Origin: an uncultured Candidatus Binatia bacterium
GTDB lineage: Bacteria > Desulfobacterota > Binatia > UBA9968 > JAJDTQ01
Assembly (NCBI GenBank): GCA_965204505.1
Contig: CBDBFB010000004.1
Span: forward strand, 235,449 to 299,448
Length of the DNA stretch: 64,000 nt
Direction: 5' to 3'
Shown here: one piece after another, positions 45,252 to 56,132 of the stretch
How the letters are laid out: every line of letters starts with the position of its first letter
Numbering within the stretch: position 1 is the stretch's first letter
Notes under the pieces: model-generated
The model's database searches: none
Told to the model about the DNA's origin: nothing
Seen by the model: only the letters and a program-made list of their open reading frames with translations
Translations under genes and position numbers: made by a program

Positions 45252-46301
45252 GTGCCCATGTTCCCCACGCGTATTCTCGCGGCAGTCCTGGTACTGGCGC
45301 TCCCGCCGCTCCTCGGCGCGGGCGCCTCGGCGCAGGAGCGCACCCTGACGTTTGTGGTGGGCGCCGGCGCCGGAAGCGTCTTCGACAACTACACCCGCGT
45401 TCTCGCCCGGCACATCGGCCGCCATCTCCCGGGCCGCCCCAAAGTCACGGTCAGGAACATGGTAGGGGGAGGCGGCACGGTCGCCGCCGAGTACCTCTAC
45501 CGCGAAGCCAAGCCCGACGGACGGACGGTGGGCAACTGGCCGGGCGACATCATTCACAACCAGATATTCGGCAGCAAGGAAGTGCGGCTCGACACCCGGC
45601 GCTTCGGGTGGGTGGGCGCCGTCTCCACCCTGCATCCCGTATGTATCCTCACCAAGGCAAGCGGCATCGGCGATGTGGCGGGGTGGGCCGGCGCCAAGAA
45701 ACCCGTCAAGCTCGGGGGCGTCGGCCGCAACGACGCCACCACCAACATGTCGCGCGTCCTGGGCGCTGCCCTGGCCCTGCCCATCAAGCTCATCCACGGG
45801 TTCAAGGGTCCGGAGAACGTGCGCCTGGCCGCCGGCAACCGGGAGTTGGAAGGCGGGTGCTGGTACTGGCAGGACGTGAAGAACGGGTGGGGGAAGATGC
45901 TCGCCGCGAGGGACGCCAAGGTCGTGCTGCAGGCCATGGCCGAGCCTCACCCGGACCTGCCTTCGGTGCCCAACGCCATGGACCTGGCCAAGTCTCGGGA
46001 CGACCGGATGCTTCTCAGGTACGGCGTCCACGACCCGGCGAAGATCGCGCGCGCCTACTCGCTGCCGCCCGGCACCCCGGACACGCAGGTGGCCATGCTG
46101 CGCAAGGCGTTGGCCGCCGCCGTGGCCGACCCGGCGTTCGCCGCCGAGGTCAACAGCCAGGGTCTGGAGGTCCGGCCGTTGGCCGGCGCGGCGATCGAAG
46201 AGACCGTCAGGCGGCTGTTCGCGGTGGACCCGAAGTTCATCGTGCAACTTCGCAAATTGCTCTTCCCGGAAAAACCCGCCGGGGACAAGAAAGCTCCGTA
46301 A
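45252..46301 (+). CDS. TctC/Bug-like periplasmic substrate-binding protein, paralog 3
   Basis: Signal peptide; LTFVVGAGAGSVFDNYTRVLARH; C-terminal region alignable to paralogs 1 and 2. Confidence 0.6.
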   Translation: MPMFPTRILAAVLVLALPPLLGAGASAQERTLTFVVGAGAGSVFDNYTRVLARHIGRHLPGRPKVTVRNMVGGGGTVAAEYLYREAKPDGRTVGNWPGDIIHNQIFGSKEVRLDTRRFGWVGAVSTLHPVCILTKASGIGDVAGWAGAKKPVKLGGVGRNDATTNMSRVLGAALALPIKLIHGFKGPENVRLAAGNRELEGGCWYWQDVKNGWGKMLAARDAKVVLQAMAEPHPDLPSVPNAMDLAKSRDDRMLLRYGVHDPAKIARAYSLPPGTPDTQVAMLRKALAAAVADPAFAAEVNSQGLEVRPLAGAAIEETVRRLFAVDPKFIVQLRKLLFPEKPAGDKKAP

Positions 46302-46363
46302 CGGCGGCTTCGGACCCGGCCGACATCGCGCTGTCCAGGCACGGGCGGGTTTGAAACCCGCTC

Positions 46364-46819
46364 CTAAGCCTCCTTGCCGCGAATCAGCCGCTCCACCGTG
46401 TAGTCCATGACCGTCTCGTCGCGCTGGTTTTTCACCACGTGCCGGCAGCGGACGATTGCGGCGTTGCGGGTTTTGGTCCGGCGGCTTTCGAGCACTTCGA
46501 TCTCGACGCCGATGGTGTCGCCGACCTTGACCGGGCGGTAGAGCCGCATTCCTTGCAGGCCGACGAAGGCCAGACCCGTGCCGTGGATCATGCCGGTCTG
46601 AGTGGTCAATCCTTCGGCCAGCGCGAAGGTGAGGCTGCCCGGCGCGATGCGCCCACCGTACTCGGTCTCGTTCCGCATGTACTCCTCATCGATGAACAGA
46701 GGCTCCATGAGGCCGGCCAGGTTGACGAACTGGACCACGTCCGTCTCGGTTACGGTGCGCCGGGCTGTCCGGTGGATGTCGCCCGGCCGAAACTCCTCCC
46801 AGGTCATCCCATGTTGCAT
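46364..46819 (-). CDS. MaoC-like (R)-specific enoyl-CoA hydratase / hotdog-fold dehydratase
   Basis: 151 aa with hotdog-fold hydratase pattern (TETDVVQFVNLAG...GGRIAPG...). Confidence 0.7.
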   Translation of the reverse strand: MQHGMTWEEFRPGDIHRTARRTVTETDVVQFVNLAGLMEPLFIDEEYMRNETEYGGRIAPGSLTFALAEGLTTQTGMIHGTGLAFVGLQGMRLYRPVKVGDTIGVEIEVLESRRTKTRNAAIVRCRHVVKNQRDETVMDYTVERLIRGKEA

Positions 46820-46850
46820 GCTGACGCCCTCGTCTTGCTAGGCCCTCACC

Positions 46851-46877
46851 CGGCCTTCGGCCACCCTCTCCCAGAGG
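46851..46877. repeat. Family D palindrome copy 2
   Basis: caccctctcccagagggagagggtttg. Confidence 0.7.
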
Positions 46878-46911
46878 GAGAGGGTTTGTGTTTGACTACT
46901 CGGACAGACTC

Positions 46912-48114
46912 CTAGCCCAGCGTCCCCTTGCCTCGTAGCTCCGCGACGGCCGCGTCGTCCAGCTCCAGCCAGTCCTTCAGAACCTGCTCGTTGTGCTCGC
47001 CCAGGCGCGGTGGCGGCAGCCGGATGGAGGCGGGAGTCCTGGAGAACTTCACCGGCAACCCGGCCATGCGCACCTTTCCGGCGGTCGGGTGGTCGATCTC
47101 CCTGAGCATCCCGGTCGCCCGCACTTGCGGGGAGTCGAAAACCTGCCGGATGTCCTGGACCGGGGAGCAGGGCACTCCCGCGTCGTTGAGCAATTCGATC
47201 CAATCCCGGCCGGGGCGTCCTCGGAACATGTCGTCGAGGAGCGCGATGAGCGCGTCGCGGTTCTCCACCCGGTGCGCATTGGTGTCGAACCGGGGGTCCG
47301 CCGCCAGCTCCGGTTTGCTCACACCCTCACAGAAACGCGCCCAGATGGCCTCGTTGGCCACCGCGACGACCAGATGGCCGTCCGCGGTGGGGAAGCTCTG
47401 GTAAGGGACGATGTTGGGGTGGGCGTTGCCCCAGCGGCCGGGGACCTTGCCGGTCACGAGATAGTTGCTGCCGGCGTTGATCAGGCTGGCGATCTCCGCC
47501 TCCATGAGGGAGGTCTCGATCCGTTGCCCTTCGCCGGTCTGCTCGCGGGCATAGAGGGCCGCGGCGATGGAGTTGCCCAGCATGAGACCGGCGACGACGT
47601 CGATGATGGCCACCCCCACCTTCGCCGGCTCGCCGTCTGCGGCGCCGGTGATGCTCATGAGGCCGCCCCAGGCCTGAATGGCCAGATCGTACCCCGGACG
47701 ATCCTTCATGGGACCGCTGGAGCCGAAGGCGGAGAGCGACGCGTAGACGAGGCGAGGGTTGTCCCGCCGGATCTCCGCTTCGGAGAGCCCCCAGCCGGCC
47801 AGCGTGCCGGGCCGGAAGTTCTCCATCAGCACATCCGCCTCGAGCGCGAGACGGCGCAGCAGCTCGATGCCGTCCGGCGTCCTCAGGTCCAGGGTGATGC
47901 TGCGCTTGTTGCGGTTGACGCACAGGAAGTAGGCGCTCTCGCCTCCCTGAAAAGGCGGTCCCCAGCTCCGCGTGTCGTCCCCCAGGCCCGGCTGCTCGAT
48001 CTTGACCACCTCCGCGCCGAGATCGCCCAGGAACATGGTGCAATAGGGGCCGGCCAGGACCCGCGACAGATCCAGCACCCTGATGCCGTGCAGGGGGCCG
48101 GCGGCCTCGCTCAT
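46912..48114 (-). CDS. Family III CoA-transferase (CaiB/BaiF)
   Basis: GIRVLDLSRVLAGPYCTMFLGDLGAEV N-terminal signature; ATG 48112-48114 overlaps upstream CMD stop (ATGA). Confidence 0.85.
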   Translation of the reverse strand: MSEAAGPLHGIRVLDLSRVLAGPYCTMFLGDLGAEVVKIEQPGLGDDTRSWGPPFQGGESAYFLCVNRNKRSITLDLRTPDGIELLRRLALEADVLMENFRPGTLAGWGLSEAEIRRDNPRLVYASLSAFGSSGPMKDRPGYDLAIQAWGGLMSITGAADGEPAKVGVAIIDVVAGLMLGNSIAAALYAREQTGEGQRIETSLMEAEIASLINAGSNYLVTGKVPGRWGNAHPNIVPYQSFPTADGHLVVAVANEAIWARFCEGVSKPELAADPRFDTNAHRVENRDALIALLDDMFRGRPGRDWIELLNDAGVPCSPVQDIRQVFDSPQVRATGMLREIDHPTAGKVRMAGLPVKFSRTPASIRLPPPRLGEHNEQVLKDWLELDDAAVAELRGKGTLG

Positions 48115-48485
48115 TTGAATTCCATGCCCTGCTCGCGCAGGATCTCGTCCAGCGTCTCGGCGCCGAGCCACAGTCCGGGCATGCCGCCGGGTATGGCCGA
48201 CACCTCCACCGCCTCCAGCACCTGGCGCGGCGTGGCGCCGAGCTTGAGTGCCCGTTCGCTGTGGATCCGCACGCCGCGGGGCCGGTTCAGGGCGCAGGTG
48301 ATGCCCACCATGATGAGTTCCTTGGTCTTTCTGTCCAGCGCTCCCTCGCGCCCGAAGGTGCCGTCCACGAACAGCCCCGTGAGGTGCCGGGAGTATTCGG
48401 GATCGAGGTCGGCGATGATGTCGTAGGCCTTGTTGGTGGCGCCCAGCGATACGTCCTCGAAAGCCTTGCGCGCGTCGTCCGCCAT
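48111..48485 (-). CDS. Carboxymuconolactone decarboxylase (AhpD-like) family protein
   Basis: Start MADDARKAFEDV at 48483-48485 after AAGGAG; CMD-type helix core (ELIMVGITCALN); the N-terminal extension to 48713 overlaps repeat A4 and is rejected. Confidence 0.7.
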   Translation of the reverse strand: MADDARKAFEDVSLGATNKAYDIIADLDPEYSRHLTGLFVDGTFGREGALDRKTKELIMVGITCALNRPRGVRIHSERALKLGATPRQVLEAVEVSAIPGGMPGLWLGAETLDEILREQGMEFK

Positions 48486-48591
48486 GTCGCGTCTCCTTTC
48501 CGGGCCATGCCGCGGTGTCCGGTGTACGGGTGGTCCGTGGTTCCTTGTAGCAGTACGTCTACATGCGGCCAAGGTTTGGATGAGTCCTGGA

Positions 48592-48690
48592 TTCCGGCTT
48601 TCGCCGGAATGACGATACGGGATGTCGGAGCCATGTCCATAACCACGGAGAGTTTTGACACAGGCTGTTTCGCGGGAATTTCGCGGGAAT
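48592..48690. repeat. Family A ~100-bp arm, single copy
   Basis: ~85% identical to reverse complement of 1503-1601. Confidence 0.75.
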
Positions 48691-48773
48691 AATGGGTCTG
48701 GCGATACCGTCAATTGACACGGTAGGAGTCGGTCGTTAGTGTGATTCAGCTTCTATCGGGAGGATGCACCGCC

Positions 48774-49469
48774 ATGACCGGAAGGGAATTCGTCGAGTCC
48801 TTGTGGAGCCGGTACCACGATGAGTTGGAGGGGCCCGTCATCGCCATCCGCAAGGCGTTGGCGGAGCTCGATCCACAAAGCCCGGAATTCGTCGGCCTCA
48901 TGCAGCGGCAGGCGAAGAAGGAATTGGCCCACGCGGTGGCGTTCACCAAGGCGCTGCTGCAATACGGCGAGCTGGAGCCCCACGAGCGCGCCGGCGTGGC
49001 CGAGCAGGCGGCCGACGAGTACAAGCACTACGCGCTCATCTACGACTACCTCGCCGTCCGCGGCGCCGCCGACGATATTCCCGCGGAGGCCTACGACGGC
49101 TACTTCGGGCAGTTCCTCACCGGCGACGTGCGCGCCTTTCGGCTCTGCAACATCGCCGAGAAATCCGCGGTGGTGTTCATGGAGCACATGAGGGACGTCA
49201 CCCCCGATCCGGTGGTGCGTCAACTCGCCAAGGACATCGTCGACGACGAGGAAGGCCACGAGGACATGGTCATGGAGAAGCTGGCGCGCTTCGCCGAGGA
49301 CCCCGGCAACCGCGAGTTCCTGGAGAACATGTTCGTCCAGAGCTGGACCAGCCAGAAGGAAGGCGTGATCCGCGAAGGACGCGAGCTGGGCATCGACGTC
49401 GACGCGATCCTCGACCGGTTCAAGGACCGCGCCGCGGGCCGCCCGGCCGGCAGCCGGTCCGACCTGTAG
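48774..49469 (+). CDS. Ferritin-like di-iron superfamily protein, hypothetical
   Basis: ATG 48774 10 nt after GGGAGG; paired E..H motifs (KELAHAV, DEEGHED). Confidence 0.5.
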   Translation: MTGREFVESLWSRYHDELEGPVIAIRKALAELDPQSPEFVGLMQRQAKKELAHAVAFTKALLQYGELEPHERAGVAEQAADEYKHYALIYDYLAVRGAADDIPAEAYDGYFGQFLTGDVRAFRLCNIAEKSAVVFMEHMRDVTPDPVVRQLAKDIVDDEEGHEDMVMEKLARFAEDPGNREFLENMFVQSWTSQKEGVIREGRELGIDVDAILDRFKDRAAGRPAGSRSDL

Positions 49470-49531
49470 GGGCGACCGGCGGTCGCCCATGCGGAGGCGC
49501 CCACAAGGGGGGCGACCGCCGGTCGCCCCTA
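49465..49531. repeat. Two family C palindromes in tandem
   Basis: gtaggggcgaccggcggtcgccca and ggggggcgaccgccggtcgcccctac. Confidence 0.7.
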
Positions 49532-49599
49532 CAATGGGGTCCCCGCGATGCACCCCGGGTCCCTGCAGCGCGAGCCCCGGCCCGTTCCCGTCCACGGCT

Positions 49600-50547
49600 T
49601 CAGTGCCAGAAGCCGTGTTTCCGCACCACCTCCATGTAGTCCGCGAGCCCTTTCTCCAGCGAATACTGGGGCTTGTAGCCCAGGATACGTTCCGAAGCGG
49701 ACAGGTCGACGCGCGGCCTTGTCTCCTTCTTGCCGGCTCCCGCGGCCAGCGCGACGGCCCGGCCCGGCAGCAGCTTGCGCAGCGCCTGGAGGAAATCCGC
49801 GGGGCCGTAGTTCTTCCCGGCGCCCACGTGGAAGGCCTTGCCGGGCGCTTCCTTGGCGGTGCAGGCCAGCGCGATGCCGCGGCCGACGTCGGCGGCATAG
49901 ACGAAATCGTTGGGTCCCACGTGCCGGTCCTCGAGCTCGATGGGCGCGTCGCCCATGCACGCGCGCACCAGGTCGTTCATGGCGATGCCGCCGCCGGAGC
50001 CGCCGCGATAGTGCCCCGGGCCGTAGACGCCCGTGGGCCGGATGCGGACGCACTCCATGCCGTAATAGTTCTCGTACGCGTCCAGCAGCACCTCGTTGGC
50101 CACCTTGGTAGCGGGGTAGAACCGGTTGCCCCAGCGCGGGGCGTCCTCCTTGACCGGCCCCTTGCGGATGTTGTCCCAGTCGTAGACGCCGAACGTGCTG
50201 AGGTGAACCAGCCGCTTGATCCGGGAGATCTGGCAGGCCTCGAAGACGTTCACCGACCCCACGGTGTTGGTCTGGAAGCCGCGGTAGGGCGGGCTTTCCA
50301 CCTGGCCGCCGATGAAACCGGCGGTGTGCACCAACACGTCGGGCTTGGCCTTGGAAAGGGCGCGGAGCAGATTGGGCAGGTCCAGGAGGTCGCCGCGTAC
50401 CGTCGTGATCCGCTTCTTTCCGGCGATGGCCGCGACGTAGTCGGGATCGGGTCCGAGGTCGTAGAGGTGGACGCTGTGTCCTTTCTGCGTCAGCTCCCTG
50501 GCCGTGTGGCATCCCAGCATTCCGGCTCCGGTGATGAATACCTTCAT
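49600..50547 (-). CDS. NAD-dependent epimerase/dehydratase (extended SDR)
   Basis: MKVFITGAGMLG Rossmann motif, YxxxK (YPATK); ATG after GGAGG. Confidence 0.8.
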   Translation of the reverse strand: MKVFITGAGMLGCHTARELTQKGHSVHLYDLGPDPDYVAAIAGKKRITTVRGDLLDLPNLLRALSKAKPDVLVHTAGFIGGQVESPPYRGFQTNTVGSVNVFEACQISRIKRLVHLSTFGVYDWDNIRKGPVKEDAPRWGNRFYPATKVANEVLLDAYENYYGMECVRIRPTGVYGPGHYRGGSGGGIAMNDLVRACMGDAPIELEDRHVGPNDFVYAADVGRGIALACTAKEAPGKAFHVGAGKNYGPADFLQALRKLLPGRAVALAAGAGKKETRPRVDLSASERILGYKPQYSLEKGLADYMEVVRKHGFWH

Positions 50548-50716
50548 GAATTGCCTCCGGGTCTGTGGTTGAAGTTGCGGTCCATGGCAGCGGGCCGGCG
50601 GCGCAAGGCGCCTCCCGGCCGCAGCCCCGAAAATCTGTCACAGGTGCGGCCGAACCGTCAAGGACATGCGGATTCGCGGCACTGTCAGGCGCGCTTTGCA
50701 GGCGCTGAAATTTGAC

Positions 50717-50745
50717 TTGACCTGCGATCGGACGACGTATATTCT
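50717..50745 (+). promoter_or_regulatory. Candidate sigma70-type promoter for coxSLM-like operon
   Basis: TTGACC (50717-50722), 17-nt spacer, TATTCT (50740-50745), ~25 nt upstream of the GAGGA ribosome-binding site and ATG 50770. Confidence 0.35.
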
Positions 50746-50769
50746 CTCGACCCGAAAGGCTGAGGAACT

Positions 50770-51252
50770 ATGGCAAACACGACCAAAATCGAGGTTGCAG
50801 TCAACGGCGCCGGCCGCACGGCCGAAGTGGAGCCGCGGCTGCTGCTGGTGCACTATCTTCGGGATGTGCTCGGTCTCACCGGGACCCACATCGGTTGCGA
50901 GACCAGCCTGTGCGGTGCCTGCACCGTCATGGTGGACGGCGCGGCGGTGAAGTCGTGCACCCTGCTGGCGGTGCAGGCGGACGGCTGCGAGGTTCGGACC
51001 ATCGAGTCGCTCGCCACCGACGAAGGGCTTCATCCGATACAGGAGGCGTTCTGGGAGTGCCACGGGCTCCAGTGCGGCTTTTGCACGCCCGGCATGATCA
51101 TGGCCACGCAGCAGCTCCTCCAGGAGATTCCGAGCCCGTCGGAGGAGGAGATCCGCCACGGTCTCGAAGGCAACATCTGCCGTTGTACCGGGTACAAGCA
51201 TATCGTCGACGCGGTGCAGCAGGCCGCGGAACAAATGAAAGCTGGGACGTAA
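50770..51252 (+). CDS. [2Fe-2S] small subunit, xanthine dehydrogenase/CODH family (CoxS-like), cluster 2
   Basis: [25 protein letters not shown] motifs. Confidence 0.9.
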   Translation: MANTTKIEVAVNGAGRTAEVEPRLLLVHYLRDVLGLTGTHIGCETSLCGACTVMVDGAAVKSCTLLAVQADGCEVRTIESLATDEGLHPIQEAFWECHGLQCGFCTPGMIMATQQLLQEIPSPSEEEIRHGLEGNICRCTGYKHIVDAVQQAAEQMKAGT

Positions 51253-51255
51253 GCC

Positions 51256-53580
51256 ATGCCTGTAAGCAAGCTCGTAGGAACCAAGGTAAAGAGGCGTGAA
51301 GACCCGCGCCTGGTGCAGGGTCTCTCGCACTATGTGGACGATCTGCGGATGGCGGACGTGATGCACGTGGCCCTCCTGCGGAGCCCTCACGCCCACGCCC
51401 GCATCAACGGCATCAACACGGACGCCGCGGCCGCGCTGCCCGGGGTCGTCAGCGTCGTGACCGGCGCGGACATCGGCGACAGCGTGGGCTCGGTGCCTTG
51501 CGCCGCGGCCAATCCGACGCTGCGCACGCCGCCGCACCCCGTGCTGGCCCAGGGCGAGGTGCGCTACGTGGGAGAGCCGGTGGCCGCGGTGGTGGCCGAG
51601 GATTCGTACACGGCCCGGGACGCCATCGACTTGATCGAGGTGGACTACGAGCCGTTGCCGGCGGTCTCGGATCTTGAGAAGGCGCTGGAGCCGGGCTCGC
51701 CGCTGGTCCATTCCCAGTGGGACAGCAACCAGGCCTTCACCTTCGAGTGCGGCACGGGTGACATGGACAAGGCGCGCGCCGAGGCGGACGTCATCGTCAA
51801 GCAGAAGTTCATCCATCAACGGCTGGCGCCGATTTCGGTGGAGACCCGCGGCGTGGTGGCCCGGTACTTTCCCGGCGAGGATGAGCTGACGGTGTGGAGT
51901 TCGACGCAGATCCCGCATCTGCTCCGGGCCATGCTGGCGCTCGTGCTCGGGTTTCCGGAACATCGCATCCGCATCATCGCCCCGGAGGTGGGCGGCGGCT
52001 TCGGCTGCAAGCTGAACGTCTACCGGGAAGAGGCGCTGCTCGCCCACTTGGCGATAAAGCTCAAGGGCACGGTGAAGTGGATCGAAGGACGGCGCGAGAA
52101 CATCCAGGCGACGATCCACGGACGCGGACAGGTGGGCACGGTGGAAGCGGCGGTGAAAAAGGACGGCACCATCCTGGGCGTCACCTACGACAGCCTGCTG
52201 GATACCGGGGCCTACCACCAGCTCCTCACGCCGGGAATGCCGCCGCTCACGGGTCTGATGATCAGCGGGTCCTACAAGATCCCCACCCTGAAGTTCACTT
52301 CCACCGGCGGCTTCACCAACAAGGTCGCCACCGACGCCTATCGCGGCGCCGGCAGGCCCGAGGCCACCCTGGTGATCGAGCGGACCATGGACCTGATCGC
52401 GCACGAGCTGGACATGGACCCGGTTGAGGTGCGCCGCAAGAACTTCGCCCAGCCCGACGATTTCCCGCTGCAGGTGGCCACCGGGCTCGCCTATGACAGC
52501 GGCAACTACCAGGCGGCGCTGGACAGGGCTCTGGAGATGGTGGGCTACGAGGACCTTCGCGCCGAGCAGGCGCGGGCGCGGGAAGAAGGCCGCTACATCG
52601 GCATCGGCTTCTCCACCTATGTAGAGATCTGCGCCATGGGCCCCTCGGCGGCGCTGCCGGCGGGTGGTTGGGAGAGCGGGACCGTGCGGCTGGATTTCAC
52701 CGGCAAGACCACCGTGCTCACCGGCGTTTCGCCCCACGGCCAGGGTGAGGAGACCACCTTCGCGCAGATCGTCTCCGACGAACTGGGCGTTCCCATCGAG
52801 GACGTTGCCGTGCTCCACGGCGATACGGCGGTGGTGCCCAACGGCATCGGCACCTTCGGGAGCCGCGGCATCTCCGTCGGCGGCACCGCCGTGTACATGG
52901 CGACGCAGACGGTCAGGGAGAAGGCCGAGGCCATTGCCGCCAACGTGCTGGAATGCAGCACCGACGACCTGGAGTTCGAGGACGGCAAGTTCACGGTCAA
53001 GGGCGTACCCGACAAGGGCATCACCATCCAGGAAGTGGCGCTGCAGGCCCACGTGGCCACCAAGCTGCCGGCGGGCATGGAGCCGGGTCTGCAGGCGACG
53101 TCGGTGTTCGAGCCCTCGAACTTCACGTTCCCCTTCGGCACCCACATCTGTGTGGTGGAGGTGGATACTCAGAGCGGCGAGATCGAGATCCACAGGTACA
53201 TCGCCGTGGACGACTGCGGCAAGGTCATCAACCCCATGATCGTGGACGGCCAGGTGCAGGGCGGGATAGCCCAGGGACTCGGACAGGCGCTCCTGGAGGA
53301 GGTGGTCTACGACGAGGACGGCCAGCTCGTTACCGGCAGCCTCATGGACTACGCCGTGGCCCGGGCGGAAGACGTGCCGACCCTGGAGTTCGACCGCACG
53401 GAGACCCCGTCGCCGGTGAACCCCATGGGGGTCAAGGGAGTGGGGGAGGCCGGCACCATCGGCTCCACCCCCTCCATCGTCAACGCCGTGGTGGATGCGC
53501 TGGCCCCGTTCGGGGTCACCCATATCGACATGCCGCTCAAGCCCGAGAAGATCTGGCGCCTGTGCCAGGGCGGCAAGTAA
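51256..53580 (+). CDS. Molybdopterin-binding large subunit, xanthine dehydrogenase/CODH family, form II (AYRGAGR) type
   Basis: 774 aa; active-site loop ATDAYRGAGRPEAT (form II motif; form I CO dehydrogenases have VAYRCSFR). Confidence 0.85.
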   Translation: MPVSKLVGTKVKRREDPRLVQGLSHYVDDLRMADVMHVALLRSPHAHARINGINTDAAAALPGVVSVVTGADIGDSVGSVPCAAANPTLRTPPHPVLAQGEVRYVGEPVAAVVAEDSYTARDAIDLIEVDYEPLPAVSDLEKALEPGSPLVHSQWDSNQAFTFECGTGDMDKARAEADVIVKQKFIHQRLAPISVETRGVVARYFPGEDELTVWSSTQIPHLLRAMLALVLGFPEHRIRIIAPEVGGGFGCKLNVYREEALLAHLAIKLKGTVKWIEGRRENIQATIHGRGQVGTVEAAVKKDGTILGVTYDSLLDTGAYHQLLTPGMPPLTGLMISGSYKIPTLKFTSTGGFTNKVATDAYRGAGRPEATLVIERTMDLIAHELDMDPVEVRRKNFAQPDDFPLQVATGLAYDSGNYQAALDRALEMVGYEDLRAEQARAREEGRYIGIGFSTYVEICAMGPSAALPAGGWESGTVRLDFTGKTTVLTGVSPHGQGEETTFAQIVSDELGVPIEDVAVLHGDTAVVPNGIGTFGSRGISVGGTAVYMATQTVREKAEAIAANVLECSTDDLEFEDGKFTVKGVPDKGITIQEVALQAHVATKLPAGMEPGLQATSVFEPSNFTFPFGTHICVVEVDTQSGEIEIHRYIAVDDCGKVINPMIVDGQVQGGIAQGLGQALLEEVVYDEDGQLVTGSLMDYAVARAEDVPTLEFDRTETPSPVNPMGVKGVGEAGTIGSTPSIVNAVVDALAPFGVTHIDMPLKPEKIWRLCQGGK

Positions 53581-53600
53581 ACGAATAGCGAGATCCGATC

Positions 53601-54455
<855 letters not shown>

Positions 54456-54516
54456 CGTACCCAAGCGAGGCCGGCCACCCGCCGGCCTCGCATCAACTCC
54501 AACAAGGACCCAACTC

Positions 54517-54933
54517 ATGCCCAAGGCGCTCAGCGGCCTGATGGGAATGCGCCACATCGCCCTCAACGTCAAGGACGTCGAGCGCTCCAAAGCCTTCTAC
54601 CAGGACGTCCTGGGCATGGAAGTGGTGTGGCAGCCGGACCCGAAAAACGTCTACCTGAGCTCCGGGCCGGACAATTTGGCCTTGCACGAGACCGCTGGCG
54701 ACCGGGTGCCCGCCGCCACTTCGTCTCTCGACCACTTGGGCTTCATTGTTTCCGACATCGAACGCGTCGAGGAACTCGAAAACGAGTTCCGCGCCAGGCA
54801 GGTCACCATCATCAAACCCTTCAAGCGCCACCGCGACGGCAGCGCCTCGTTCTACTGTGCCGACCCGGACGGGGTCGTGATTCAGATGCTCTACGAGCCG
54901 ACTTTGAGCAGGCAGAGCATCAGAAGGGAGTGA
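54517..54933 (+). CDS. VOC-family (glyoxalase I-like) protein
   Basis: MRHIALNVKDVERSKAFYQDVLGM; ATG 54517 after AAGGA; upstream extension rejected. Confidence 0.7.
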   Translation: MPKALSGLMGMRHIALNVKDVERSKAFYQDVLGMEVVWQPDPKNVYLSSGPDNLALHETAGDRVPAATSSLDHLGFIVSDIERVEELENEFRARQVTIIKPFKRHRDGSASFYCADPDGVVIQMLYEPTLSRQSIRRE

Positions 54934-55106
54934 CGGGATTTGCCACCCAAGTGTGGTTCGCCGGACTCGGCAAAATGCGGTGCCCTAGTTTATCTGACAG
55001 GATGGCGGCGGAGTAAAGGCTGTACTCCAGAATCTGCGCTAGCGGTCCTTTCTCGTGGGCATCGACCAGACTCGACTCACCCAAGGCCCGTTTCTGATAT
55101 GGGCTA

Positions 55107-55520
55107 CTAACCGCCCGTGGTGGAAGTAGTAGCGCCTGCCTGTCTCTTCTTCTGTTCGTCGTCGGCTTTCTTCTTCAGCAAGTCCGGACGGCGAATGCCC
55201 ATCTTTGTAAAAAGGCTAAATACAGCATCACTGCCTCCTGCGACGAGCAAACCAGTTATTACACGTCCGAGGAAAGTACTTTGAGTCTCTTTTCCAAGAG
55301 AGGCGATTATTTCTTGAAAGAGGTCGATGTCGTAGTGGTAGAGCAAAAATATGGCGAGAATTACCGTTATTGGAGTCTTGACACCCTTTCCTTCACAGTA
55401 TCGAGCGAATATGCGCCACTGGAAGATCGGCGTTAGCGCAACTTCAAATGCTACCGCAATCACTGCTAGTACCATGACCACGTCTGCTACGTGCTGAAAG
55501 TTGACTTGTAATCCGCCCAT
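55107..55520 (-). CDS. Small integral membrane protein (3 predicted TM), last gene of CBASS-like island
   Basis: 137 aa, three hydrophobic segments, ~48% GC. Confidence 0.45.
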   Translation of the reverse strand: MGGLQVNFQHVADVVMVLAVIAVAFEVALTPIFQWRIFARYCEGKGVKTPITVILAIFLLYHYDIDLFQEIIASLGKETQSTFLGRVITGLLVAGGSDAVFSLFTKMGIRRPDLLKKKADDEQKKRQAGATTSTTGG

Positions 55521-55652
55521 GCCATCTCCTTTCTTGCGACGATGGATTCCGAGTATCGGCCTTTGTTTCTACTGGATCATCTCTTTCCCATTCCAACACA
55601 TCACCTTCCCCTCCATTTCTAATACTTCTGGCCCAGGAAGCAAAGTAGATAG

Positions 55653-56129
55653 TCACGACCGAGAGCGTGCTGCTCTCCGGACGTGTCGGTTGGGGGTCAA
55701 CGTGGGGTTCTGACCTGGATGTGTCCCTCCACCATTCCACTCACCGTGTGCGAGCCAGTCTTCGAAATAGAAGAGCCAAGTGTAGCTCCACGGCACGATG
55801 GTCTGGTCTATCCGTTTCGTGGGTGCCCATTGGCCAGTACCTGGTGTATAGAGGCACAGTCGTGTCGGTTTTTGGTAAACATGCGGCAGTTTACGCCCGT
55901 CCGCCAGGAGTTCAAGATTCGGTTCTTCGACGAAGACCTCGGGGCTCATTCCAGCACGGTATTCAATGCGCAACCGATAGCGCCGAGAGAGTACGGTCGG
56001 GCGTATGTAGAAATGCCAAACGAGTCGACTAGCAACAATTCGCCCGACACCTTGGCAATTCGGATTCCCCTTCAGCGACAAGTGCTGCTGAGGTAAGGTA
56101 AGAGCCTTCGTCCCGCGCTGTCCGATCAA
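55653..56129 (-). CDS. Putative E2 (ubiquitin-conjugating-like) protein of a type II-short CBASS
   Basis: 158 aa; HVY...TRLCLYTPGTGQW resembles E2 HPN-Cys active-site region; TTG start 3 nt after nucleotidyltransferase stop; weak assignment. Confidence 0.35.
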   Translation of the reverse strand: MIGQRGTKALTLPQQHLSLKGNPNCQGVGRIVASRLVWHFYIRPTVLSRRYRLRIEYRAGMSPEVFVEEPNLELLADGRKLPHVYQKPTRLCLYTPGTGQWAPTKRIDQTIVPWSYTWLFYFEDWLAHGEWNGGGTHPGQNPTLTPNRHVRRAARSRS

Positions 56130-56132
56130 AGG

